48,272 nt of DNA, taken from the NCBI GenBank assembly GCA_032718475.1, contig JAUCBJ010004140.1:1-48272 (forward strand). The letters are read 5' to 3'. The notes under the pieces are model-generated. The model saw only the letters and a program-made list of their open reading frames with translations. It did not search any database and had not been told where the DNA came from. Source of the stretch: Nemertoderma westbladi (lineage: Eukaryota; Animalia; Xenacoelomorpha). Position 1 is the stretch's first letter; every line of letters begins with the position of its first letter. The position numbers were made by a program, and so were the translations under genes. Shown here in pieces: positions 21,723 to 33,474 of the stretch.

Positions 21723-24523
21723 CAACGGTAGGAGGAATACGACGTCTCAAGTACTCAGGGGCCATTCCATGAATAATTTTATAGAAATAAAGAAGGCAAT
21801 TAGCAGTCCGTCTGTCGGAGAGATTTTGAATTCCACACTCATTGTATAGTTTCGAATGTTGGGTTCTAGAAGGCGCACCAGTTGCTATGCGCAATACCTC
21901 GAGCTCAACGTTGTTGAGCATATCAGATAACTCTTCAGTAAGGTTACACCAGACCGGATTTGCATACTCTAGCTTGGGCCGGATAAATGACTTATAGATC
22001 GAAATTATCGTTGACTTTGGCAAGAAATACTTAGACTTTTTAAGAGCTGCAATAGAGCAGGAAACACTTTCAAGAAGTTGCTGGATATGGTTTTTGAACT
22101 GAAAGGAACTGGAGAAGGTTACACCTAAATGCCTGTGGTCGTCAACTACTGGAAGTGACGCACCATCAAGGGAGAGAGGAAATGATTGGAAAGGGATATT
22201 TCCAGACATTGTCATAACAACTGTTTTGGTTTTATTGAAAGTAACCAGCCATTTAGTAGCCCAGTCATGAAGAGCTGATAGGTCTGAGTTGAGGAATGTG
22301 GATCTCAAAAAGGGATGTTGAATACGTGTATACATAGAAGTATCATCGGCAAAAAGAGCTGTTGTTGAATTAAGGACGTCAACAAGATCGTTTATATATA
22401 TGATAAACAGAAGTGGTCCAAGGATACTCCCCTGGGGCACTCCTGCTAAGATATACAATATAGATGAAAATGTACCGTCCAAAACAACTCTTTGTTTGCG
22501 TTGGAAAAGGTAACTACCAAACCATTTGAGGAGACGACCGCGCACACCAGCCCGCTCAAGTTTATATAGAATTCCCTTGTGCCACACGCGATCAAACGCC
22601 TTTGATATATCACAAAATATTATTTGGGTGACGTCGCCATCATCCCACGCTTGGCACCATTCGTCATATAGTTTTAAGAGCTGATATACACATCCGTCGC
22701 CTGGCATAAAACCAGATTGTTGTCTAGAAATCTTATCAATAAAAAAATTCCACACGTGATTTCTAACAATTAGTTCAAAGATTTTGGAGATAATACAAAG
22801 AAGGGAGATTGGACGGTAATTATTACAAAGGTAAAATTCGTCTTTTTTATGTACAGGATGGACGTGAGCCAATTTCCAGGAGTCAGGGAAAATTGCAGTC
22901 TCCAAGGATAAATTAAAGAGACGAGTTAGGACTTTCACAAAAATGGGTTCAAGAGACTTAATCAATCTGGCTGACACTCCGTCGTGCCCAACCGCTTTCC
23001 CAACAATGAGGGATGATATTCCCTTTTTGACCTCGTCCTCTGAAATATTTAAATTTTCGATTAAACTGTCACTTGGCAGGGAGTTCGGTAGCTCTGGTAA
23101 TTTACTCTGTCTTTGAGGTAAATGAGTTTGACTTGCAAAATATAAATTTAAACATTCAGCCTTGTCACAAGATTTAGATAGGTAAGTATCATTTTCTATT
23201 AAAAATGGAATGTTTGAAAATTTAGTTTTTCCTAGAATGTCCTTTACATGTGAGAACCATTCCTTCTGTGTCATTAATTTGCTAGATTTGAAATCATCAT
23301 GTAATTTGTTTTTGTAATTTTGCTTGGCCAATCGGACCTCACCAATAACATAATTACGGTAGCGGCGATATGCAGCCCACGCTATAGAACCATCAGTTGT
23401 TTTGATAGCTGATTTATGTAGTTTTTCTCGTTGCCTAAAACATTTCCTTAAATGGGGGGTAATCCATTTAGGATCCGTTGTTCGAGTTTTAAACGTTTTG
23501 GTAGGCACAAAGCGGGATATACCCTCAGTGAGACAATTGTTCAATTTATCTACAACAGCATCTGGATCTCTTTCAGCAAACTCTTGTTCAAAATTTACAC
23601 TTTCCAAAAAAGAATTAAAACCAATCCAGTCGGCGCCGTCGTAATTATAAATTATTCTGGAATATAAAGGAGGCCTACTGACATCGCAAGCAAGTGACAA
23701 ACAAACGGGTTGATGGTCAGAGATTGGTAAAGTAGAGCTATCATATGTAAGTTGCGGTAGGGGATTAGATTCCAAAACTAGAGAGTGAAGGTCTGTAAAC
23801 ATTAGATCTAGACAAGTATGTGAGGATGGGCGGGTTACATTGTGAATGTACTGTTTAAGACCGGTAGTTGAACAGAAATGTTGAATGGATGGAGTGTCGT
23901 TGACCAGGCAATTTGTATTAAAGTCGCCAGTGACAACCAATCCGTCATATTTGTTAGTTCTACGGATGTCATGTAGCTTATCAGAAAAGGTATCCCAGAA
24001 AGATGATGGTGGCGTTGAAGGCACATAAACTGCAATAAACAATATTTTTAAATTATTTATAGACACTTCTATGTAAATTGCTTCACAGAATGAGTCTGCA
24101 AAGGAAACACGTCTCCGATGAGGCAGTGACTCTTTAATTAAGACACCAACTCCACCATATCCATCACTTCGTGGGTTATTGTAAAATTTGTAACCAAATT
24201 GGTTCAACTCACGTTCATTTTTTAACATCCTGATAGCTAAGCCATGTTTCAGTTAAAAAATAAATGTCAATGTCCAAGTCAATAATGGACTGGAATATGA
24301 CATCAACTTTGGCAGTGGAAAATAAAGGCCCCGCTCTAGGAAGTAAACTGCGCACATTTAAATGATGGATTCCTAGAGGGCCTGGCTGTGATTCAATATC
24401 CCCACCTAAAAGTAGTAAGAGTAACAACCATATATAATAATGCAAACCGAAAAAAATACATACTGAATAACGGGGTCCATGTGCGCCGCTTGCAGCTTTC
24501 AGTGTAGTTAAGAGAAAATACAT
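21723..24523 (-). pseudogene. LINE ORF2: 2A-like leader, apurinic endonuclease, reverse transcriptase (one extra A in an A6 run near 24220)
   Basis: HLNVRSL, LTETWL, GGVG, TGDFN, CLDL, SDH, NYRPISLL, DISKAFDRV, GVPQGSILGP, FADD, HLGV. Confidence 0.93.
24377..24424 (-). other. 2A-like (StopGo) motif variant LLLLLLGGDIESQPGP
   Basis: Matches D(V/I)ExNPGP except N->Q; lies immediately before the APE domain. Confidence 0.75.
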
Positions 24524-24710
24524 TTAGAAATATTAGTAATAATTAATATAAAATTCCACTGGGCACTAGCAAGCAGCTCACAAGAACCATTTCCAAGACG
24601 AGTGCGTGCAAAGGGCAGATATACTAGTAACAAACATTTCAAATAAAGCATCAAAGTACACAAAAGTAAGAAAAAACCTCGATATATTGGTGAAAAATAT
24701 AATCTCAACT

Positions 24711-25212
24711 GTGGGGCGAGCCACGAAGTTGGCGGAGCCTTAGCGAATTGACACTGTTAGGGGGTGGGTCAATTTATGCAAATAGTTGTCGTCGTCGTCG
24801 TCGTCGTTGTCGTCGTCGTCGTCGTTGTCGTCGTCGTCGTTACGATTTTGACATGCTAATAACTTTGTCGGATTTAAAGCTGCCAAGTTGAAAATTTGTA
24901 GGTATCAATATGAGCAAAAGTTGAGATTTTTGAGAGACTTTCAGACACCATCAGTGCAATGGTCTCCCGCTAGAGGGCCACATGTCTAAACATTAAATGC
25001 CCTCCCATTTCTTTGCTTTTAATCCGTTTAAGCTGAAACTTGGCAGATATGTATTAGACCATTAGCTGTGACTTTCAAAGGAGGCGAATCCATCTGCAGT
25101 TCTTCAGTCTGCCGCTAGAGGGCCAACGTGACTATTTGCATAAATTGACCTACCCCCTAACAGTGTCAATTCGCTAAGGCTCTGCCAACTTCGTGCTGCG
25201 CGAAGTCCCCAC
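24711..25212 (+). mobile_element. Non-autonomous Helentron-associated (HINE/DINE-1-like) element or MITE
   Basis: 65-bp inverted repeats 24722-24786 / 25131-25195; GTGGGG...CCCCAC ends; (GTC)n microsatellite 24788-24840; T|T flanks; terminal gcgcgaagtccccac also at about 35694. Confidence 0.65.
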
Positions 25213-26294
25213 TTCGTGTATATATACACAGAGGATGACAAAAAATACAACTATGCCGCAATATAAATTGCCAGATACGAATAAATAAATTGTACAAAAT
25301 CCAGTTAATGCCATAGGCAAAAGCATTGAAGTGACTGTAGTACTACTTACAATAAGCGAGAGGACAAACATCTTACACACAAAATCACTGCTGCCCTATA
25401 GAAATCAGATAATGATATCTTGAGACCGGTAGAGTTAAAATAACTTAATATCATCATAATTCTTATATCCAATATATAACGTACCAGAAATCAAAAGTTC
25501 AAACATATATAAAAGTACCGGTATATCAATACACACACGTCATTTATGATACCACTGTTATTCTGTTATATATATATAGGTATATATAATAAAACTGTAC
25601 CGAACATTTATATCCTTCTACTATTGTTGGTGAAATATACACCCGTAATTATACTATACAGAATGGAGAAATAATTCGAATGTTGCAGTAGGTAACGCTA
25701 CCGCATTACAGTGCAGTTAACTGACTAACTAAACTACCTGTCCGGTAGGGTACTATATAATTGGAGAGAAAATATTTGGGAAAAATTCCAAAGTTTCGGA
25801 ATGTACCGGTATATAATGTAGCTAACTATCGGTAGTGTATGAAAACGTATGTAGGCCTGCTGGTGCCACTCTAATAGTATTTTATGACATTGAAAGAAAT
25901 ATTGGAGAAAGATTTTAATATTGCAGTGCAGTAGGCCTACCGGATTACTTATGAGATAAGTCATAACTTACTAAAAAACTCCTGAATATAAAAAAAGAAA
26001 ATCTTGACTAAATATATAAAAAAAAAATAAAATCTTTAGAGAAAAGTTCTGGCATATAGGGGCAAAAATTATTTCGTTCATGTATTTCATATCAAATAAC
26101 ACAATCAACCAGCAAAAATAATCCAGAATACCGGTATTGGTACTGGTACCGGTACCCATCCTAAGAATAATGTGGGCATGCCTACCGTACCGGTAACCTT
26201 TGGATAACGCGGGTAACCTTACAGGCTGACTAGTTAACACAGACAGACAGTATCGGAAAATATTACAGAATATGGACAGTATATTTAGAACATA

Positions 26295-27296
26295 CTAGCC
26301 ATCACCATCGGAGTCAAGGACGGAGTAAGCGTTTGTCAGTGGGCAGGGACTGGGGGTGTTACGGCTTCCACTTACTTTGATGGTATGACCGCGACTGTCA
26401 CGATGATCTCCGCGACGCCCTCCCCTGTTGAGAGTGGGTGGGTGGGGATTTCTATTTGCGGAGCCACGACCGATGTTGCCTTGCCGGGTGCGGGAAGCAA
26501 CCGGGTTAGAGAATGAGGCACCAGAGTCGAGACCATTGGCATCTTCATCGGAAACCGAGGGCCTGGACTCTGAACCGGTAACGGTAGTCGTTCCAGTGGG
26601 ATTAGGGTGAGCAACAAGGCAATCGACATCATTTTTAGTGCGAACAATTGAGGATTTGGAAGATTCCGTATGTTTGATAATAATATTACCATTGATGGAA
26701 AAAACAGAGTGAAGCAATTTACTTTTCTTAAACGAACGTGCGTAACGGAAGAGCTCAGCACGTAGAGGAGTCAGATGTTCGGATAGGTATACATGCTGTG
26801 GAAGCTCGGAACGGTTTGCAAAAGCCTTCACACGACAACATTGTTTGGCGAGGCGGACCAAAATCGGCCTCTCCTTGAGATCATGGCCTGGAGGCGGAGG
26901 GCCAGAGGTCGATGAGGAGACAAACTTCTTCTTACCAAGTCGATACACGATATCGATGTCTTCATTACTTATGGATAGAGGGGACAGTACTCCGACGGCC
27001 ACAGAAAAAGCATCTTCTCTAAGAACCTCTTTGATTCCATGTATTAGGATATTTTGTCTCTGGTTAAATTGTAATAATTCGTCATACTTGGTATCGTGAT
27101 GTATACGGTTTTGATTTATTTTTATTTCAAGTACATCGCACTGCTGAGTGCAGGAAAAAAGGCCATCGAACTTATTGACTTCAGTAATTAGGTTAGACAC
27201 TTTCCCGGAAATATCATCACGAAATGACCTGAACTCCTGTAGGAGAAGACGCAAATCCCCAGGGGTTGGCGCTTCCTGATCAGAGGTCATAGCCAT
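26295..27296 (-). CDS. LINE ORF1 protein (333 aa): coiled coil, RRM-like and C-terminal domain, RGG-rich tail
   Basis: Intact ORF 173 nt from the LINE 5' end; NILIHGIKE, YRLGKK, RPILVRL, YLSEHLTPLRAEL motifs typical of L1/CR1-type ORF1. Confidence 0.85.
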   Translation of the reverse strand: MAMTSDQEAPTPGDLRLLLQEFRSFRDDISGKVSNLITEVNKFDGLFSCTQQCDVLEIKINQNRIHHDTKYDELLQFNQRQNILIHGIKEVLREDAFSVAVGVLSPLSISNEDIDIVYRLGKKKFVSSSTSGPPPPGHDLKERPILVRLAKQCCRVKAFANRSELPQHVYLSEHLTPLRAELFRYARSFKKSKLLHSVFSINGNIIIKHTESSKSSIVRTKNDVDCLVAHPNPTGTTTVTGSESRPSVSDEDANGLDSGASFSNPVASRTRQGNIGRGSANRNPHPPTLNRGGRRGDHRDSRGHTIKVSGSRNTPSPCPLTNAYSVLDSDGDG

Positions 27297-27469
27297 AGGC
27301 TACCGGTAATATAAGATCATGTCATGGATGGGTTGGGTTGGGTTCATACTAACATATTGATACAAAAAAATAATATGCCAGGACTAGGCCTAGCTGATAT
27401 ATAGCAGCAAGTGAAGGTCTGAAACTAGCTGAGAGTACACATCGTTACCGGTACTGTCAGTAATTGAGG

Positions 27470-30400
27470 ATCGAGGTATCTTAAGATGCTGGATGCTCTC
27501 GTCCTCGTCCCAGTTATAAGGTTCTACTTGGGTAGTAGCGAAGTTCTTTATCGCCACCATTTTTACTGACCTTATACTTTGTTCTCCTAATTTATCCTGG
27601 GGGGTGGACAACGCACCTACATAATAATCTGCCATTATGGTAGATTTCCAAACCTGCATAATTCCTGACATATTTAACTTAGTTCGGAATTTGGGTTGTC
27701 CAGCAAAGATGTCTTCGGCTAGTTCTTGGTCGATGAATGTTCCTGTGCTGCCAGAGACAAGCAGGGCGTTCACTATGTAACTTTTGTTAGGACCGTGAAC
27801 TCTTACCTGCACTACAGGAAATTCTCGGAATCCTACGTTGGAAGTTGGAGCTTTCCAAGATGGTTGTCTGTCAAAGGTAGTTGGGGGAAACTCATTGTCG
27901 GTGTCCTTTTCATACGTAAGTGCTCGATACACTGCGGTATTTATTAGGTAACAGGATTCGTTGGCATCGGAGAATTCGTCCGTATAGAATCCTTCCATCT
28001 CAGATCCTTGATCAGTGTCATTTACATCACTGAATTGGACATGTAGTTCGGGCTCACTTACCTGACTCGGGCTGTTTCGTTCGAATTCACTGTGTAACAA
28101 GATGTGATGTTTCGCACCGCACTTTGCACACCTTACGTCGGAGTAACAGGTTCGCCGTTGGTGTCCTTGTCTGAGGCAATTATAGCATAACCGCTTATCC
28201 CACATGACTTCACGTCTGTCTACCAGGGATTTCTTTAGGAATTCAGCACACGCACTCAAACTGTGGGGCCTGTCGCACAGCGCACAGTTTGGTTTGATGT
28301 TACTCACTTTACCTTGGATAACGTTATGCACTCTCGTTCTTTCTTCGGGCTTTCTTCCGTGAATTCTGTTAGGAGACCGAGGAGGAGTCTTGGCAACCTG
28401 TTCTCTCCTATCATTGGTTTGAGACTTGTATTTACTTACGTCTTTTGAGGTTTTGTTAACATAGTAAGATCGGTCAGTGTCTTTCCCGCTGTCCTCTTCT
28501 TGAGAAGCTTGGCTTTCGCCGTAGTCAGTATAACACACTGGTGTTACCCTTCTCCTAGAAACGGGTTTCGCCGTAGTCAGTATAACACACTGGTGTTACC
28601 CTTCTCCTAGAAACGGGTTTCTCACTTACCTGATTTTCTGATGTTTTCTCTCTGGACTGCTTTATGAGTTGTAATTTTACTTCACCATCTAAGAAGGACA
28701 TGAGATCAGCCATGGTAGGGCCTCGTCGTTGCTGCTCCATCATATACAACACTTTCTTGTCCCAGCGTGTACATACTCCACCCTTTGGTAAAGTAGAGAC
28801 TACGGCTCCAATAACCATGGAACTCTGATATTCATGAGACTTACCTAACCAATCCAATTGTCTACAGATCTCCTGAATCTCATCGGAAAACTCTATAATC
28901 CCGCTACTAATGAACTTTCGGGGGGCTACTAATTTTGCATAGAAATACTTAGCTATGTTATCCTTGTTACCATACCTGATGTTTAATGTATCCCAAACTT
29001 GTCTTAATCCATCTGGATGTCCAATAAACTTTAACGCCATTAACTTGGGAGGTCCTTCCAAACACTTGATGAGGAATCTAAGTTTCTCTCCGTTAGATAG
29101 TACAGAGTTCTGTATGCTATCTTTGTAATATTCATTAAAAGGTAACCATTTCATCTCATCTCCATTGAATTTGACGATTTCTCCCACTTTGACCGCTTGG
29201 CGGGCTTCTGTTCTAGCCATCTGACGCGTAAAGCTTTCTTGGGCCATCGTGTTATTTAATATCGAATTATCGGTATATAAATTTCTCGGATTATTATCAG
29301 GTCTATAGGGAATATCATTACCAACAGGTTTATAATCACCCTTACTAGGGTCTATTATAGGAGTTTCTACTTCACTAGCAGTATAGATGCGTGTAGGCTC
29401 CACACCTTGCGCATGAAATACTTCAGACCTAACAGGTTGACACATAGTTACAGGAGGTATTGGTATACCCTTTTGTATATTTACTAATTTGTCGCGTTCC
29501 AGCGCGATACTTTGCTGCACTTCTTGCAACTCTAACCTACTTTCCCTTACTGTTCCCTTGAATTGGTGGACAGTCTCCTGCATTTGTCCGAGCAGGAGAT
29601 TCATCCCCCGCCGTCCCTCCTCTACCCACTCGACCGCCGAAGCGGGAGTTGCCAACATAGTGCGGGCAGACGCGGGACGACGGGAGACAAATCTTGGATT
29701 TCTCTCTCGGCGTCCAGGACCGGGACATTCTCTTGGGCTGTTGTACCGGGTACAGGCAGTTTAGTACTGTGCAAAGGGAATTTGGTGGTAGGTTCGGGGA
29801 GTACAGGGGTCTCTCTCACCGAAGGGGTGTTTTTGAGAACAGGCCTAATTATTTCGGGCTCATCTACTATAGTAGGGAGTCTTTTTACTTTAATAATTTG
29901 GTCTGTGGGTTCTGTACTACCTAAGTCTGTGCTAGCTAGTTGTCGTCTAACAGCTGGAGGCAAATCAGGCAATTTCTGACGGTGAGACGTTCTTCTACGC
30001 CTACTTAGACGAGATCTATGTCCTCCGCCTTCAGGATCGGTAGTATCGCCTTCATCAGAGGATGTAAATCCCTGTCGTTTGGGAGTAGATCGACTCATCA
30101 TCTGCATTTGACTAGCAGTTAACTGTTTATTTATGCAGTCTTGATCCTCTTGAATATTTTCCAACTCTAGTTGGGCGGTCTCTTCCGACGCTCTCCGTTC
30201 GGCTTCTGCCACTGCCACTGCCGCCTTCTTTCTGTCTTCGATCCGTTTTTTCTTTACTTGTTCTGCTTGGACTCTAGCGATGCGAAGTCTTTCATCAAAT
30301 TTAGCTTGGTTTGCAGCTAACATTTCCACATCGATTGCGCCCAGCACAAGTTTGGCTCCTTCGCTATTAGGGCGAAGTCCAGACAGCCGTCTCCTCAACT

Positions 30401-31406
30401 CTTCATCACCGAGGAATCGTTGATAGTCTGACAGGTAGATGTCGATAGCATCTCTTGTTCGCGGTTTCTCCGCTGTCACTTCGCTTTCCACTTGAGAAAA
30501 GGTGGCATCGGTTGATTCTTCATAGGTTGGTCGCTCAGCCAGCTGGGATTTCCACTGGGACGTTTCTTAAACCTTGAGACCTACCCGCTGGAACCAAGTC
30601 TTGACAGCAACTTGCAACGACGTGTCCTGTCTTCTTTTGGAAGCTTCCTCAAAGGCTGATAGGATTAGTCTAATGCGTAGGGTTCTTTCGCGTACTTGAT
30701 AAAGCAGCTCTTCCTGCTCTTGAGGTCCTTGGGGTTGTCGAAACAGTTGTTCTTCTAATCGCTCTAAGGAGCCGAAGAATCCCTGCACATATCCTGCTGC
30801 CGACCTCTTCCAAACAGCTGGATCCATCGTATCTTTAGTCACTCCCATCCTGTGTATGTCTTCCCAGGTAGCTTTGGATAAGTCTAACGGGAATCCGGGT
30901 CCGGGAAAGGTCCATCGTGACTCGACAATAGACATCAATTCTTCCCTTGCGTATCCCGCATAACTATCTTGGGTTGATCGCTTACTTCTCGCCCAATCGA
31001 CTTGGTGTTCCTCCACCGCAATCAATATCGTAGTTAGTACTGCGGCAGGAAGAGTGAGAAGGGGATCCGAATAAACTGTATCCGCCATCTTCACTCCGCG
31101 TTCGGGGGTCAGCTCTACAGTATCCGAACTACTGGAGCTATCGGGTCGCTGGGAACTAGGTTCTTGACTAGGATGTTGCTGCTGTTGGACAGCTGCTTCT
31201 TGGTTCCGTTTGACCTGGGCCCGAGTGCCGATGATAGACCTATGGTGTTGGATTAGCCTAGGGTCTGATACTACTACTGGAGGGATGACCTTTCTTACAG
31301 TAGGAGGTGAGCTGAACTTTGGTCTTAATCGTTCCACACTCCTATCTGGGTCGCAGATGGTTGTATCGATTAGACTGTCTGACAGGTTTTGCTTTGTGTC
31401 AGACAT
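27470..31406 (-). pseudogene. BEL/Pao gag + protease with a long N-terminal extension; disrupted by a stop (30567), a frameshift (about 29660), a 52-bp duplication and protease Asp->Val
   Basis: KFNGDEMKWLPF, EKLRFLIKCLEGP, RYGN; CALCDRPH..C, CYNCLRQGH..C, CAKCGAKHH; ALLVSGSTGTFI (GTC at 27756-27758 where GAC is expected). Confidence 0.9.
28514..28617. repeat. 52-bp tandem duplication that frameshifts gag
   Basis: Exact copies 28514-28565 and 28566-28617 bounded by tttc; accounts for the frame offset between ORFs 29658 and 28538. Confidence 0.95.
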
Positions 31407-33152
31407 ATTTGTTTATACAGTTGAATGCCTACTGCTATAGTTACAGTTAAAGCAAGTCTAGTAATTCAGTATGACTGTTGGCCTAGTACCGGTAATTAAT
31501 TACAATATATTAGGATACCGGTATACACTTATAGTATATATAAGTATTGCAGACTAGGTTTATCACAGAATACCGGTATATAATTTCAGCGCAAATATAT
31601 ACAAATATATAATAAGCCTATTATAGATACCGGTATGTCAATTATTTTAGAATAATTGAATTTCTGAAATTTAGGGGTTACTTGGTTACTTTACTTTACT
31701 TTATTACCGTTATTTAAGCAGTAGTCCAACTGATATTAAGACCTAATTGTTGTATGACAGGCCTACTAGTTTATAAACCTTTTGAGTTGATTTGTAATAT
31801 ATATATACCCGTATGAGGGGTTTTGTTTACAATATTGAAATAGATGTTACTATTTCTGGAAAGCAATCACTACACAGAAGCTGTGCGCTCTCAGTGAAGT
31901 GCTACTTATTGGACACTAAAACAAATAATTCTACTGGCCTACGTTACTTATTCTACGAATTACGTACAATATAAGGGGAGATTACAATCTCTAAATAAAC
32001 ACAAAAATTACACGTACGAATTTTTAGGGTTAATTTTACAGGGAAACTACAAACCAGCCTAACAAAGGGTTAGAACTTCTGGTTATTACAACGGACAGGA
32101 TACTACGGTATTTGAGAATAATATGCAGTAGTAAATATACTGCGTTGTCCAGATAGGAAAAATACCACCGTCTGACGACTTATAGCCGTATCGCTATACG
32201 TACTACGTTATGTTTCACGGAGTGTTCCTACCTAGAGGTTAATTACCGCAGTCTACCAGAACTAGCTTGCCTATTAACCACTTTACAACACAAATATACT
32301 ACCTACACACTGATTACTTTCGGAAAGCACTGTACACTAAACCCTAAATTAGGTACAAGTACTTGTATAACAAATAACCAGCAGTTAAATATACTTGAAC
32401 AGTTAAAAGAACCACAGCATCTGCTGGAGTGACCGGGGCACAAAGTCACCAGTCTTTACCTACGCCAAGCAGCCCGTGTAGTACCGGGGTTAATTTAACT
32501 ATAACGGTATGTGTAACAAGCACAATTACTGTAGGAATAAACTTGGGGACATGAATGTTGCGAATAATCGCATAAACTCTGAATAATAAATATTACGCTA
32601 CCCCTATACACGCAGCAATCTCTTCAGACCTAACAACAGCCAGACAACAATCCAGCTTACAAAATATCTGAATAATAACTATTACGGTACCTGAACAGAC
32701 TACTCAAAAAAAATACATACCAAACGCTGGCAGACTACTATCAAGCCTAAATAAACTACAATATATGCAGATTCCGAAATGGTTAGTTAGTATGCGTTCT
32801 AACTCGGTAGTACGACTTATTCTTTAGGAGTGGGTTGACCTTACAACTCAAGATGCCCCTACTTCCTAACTGGCACTTTATAGGACAGACTCTACACACG
32901 CCGCAATCTCTCTAGACCTAACAACAGTCAGACAACAGTCCAGCCTACAAATATCTGAACAATCTGAGCAGACTTACACGTCTTCTGCTCAATATTAACT
33001 TACATGTAAATAAAACCGACAGAAATAAGTAAAATCTCAATAAAAAACCAGGGCTGCAGTCCCTGATTAAGTACCAAGACCTACCGGTATATAATAATCA
33101 AAATCGAATAATACTGATGTACTTGTACTGGAAGTACCGGTTAGGGTAGTTG

Positions 33153-33296
33153 AGCCTACAGGCCTACAGCAGTACCGGTTCAAGCAGTTGGGCCTACGGG
33201 CCTACAGCAGTACCGGTTCAGTCAGTTGGGCCTACGGGCCTACAGCAGTACCGGTTCGGGCAGTTGGGCCTACAGACCTACAGCAGTACCGGTACA
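33153..33296. repeat. About 33-bp tandem repeat (gggcctacagcagtaccggttc...) x4 in the BEL 5' leader
   Basis: Directly visible; a second 65-bp direct repeat pair lies at about 32607 and 32893. Confidence 0.85.
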
Positions 33297-33474
33297 GGTT
33301 ACCGTTTGACCGGTACTTTCGACTTTATTGCTTACCGCAATAAAGAAGCAATAACTGTTATTGTTCGCGCTTTTAAGACCTTTAGCAGTTTAACCTGCCA
33401 AAATTTATATGTCTTTTAGTTTATAAATCGACTTTAGCATATGACAAGTATTTGATACAAATAAACACAACATT

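Larger units (their letters stand above)
18350..27469 (-). mobile_element. Full-length CR1/L2-group (Jockey superclade) LINE inserted in BEL pol
   Basis: 13-bp TSD ATCGAGGTATCTT (18337-18349 and 27470-27482); polyA tail (T run 18348-18366); ORF1 plus APE-RT ORF2 with C-terminal CCHC. Confidence 0.93.

Noticed and set aside
27390-27469. C-terminus of the 382-aa gag/protease ORF
   Set aside because: Read-through into the LINE 5' UTR; the true frame resumes at 18336
14021-30569. Programmed readthrough or frameshifting at the BEL stops (30567, 14798, 14021) and the LINE A6 run
   Set aside because: BEL/Pao normally has one ORF; the 14021 stop replaces a conserved Gly codon and the protease Asp is also mutated, so decay (or sequencing error) is more likely
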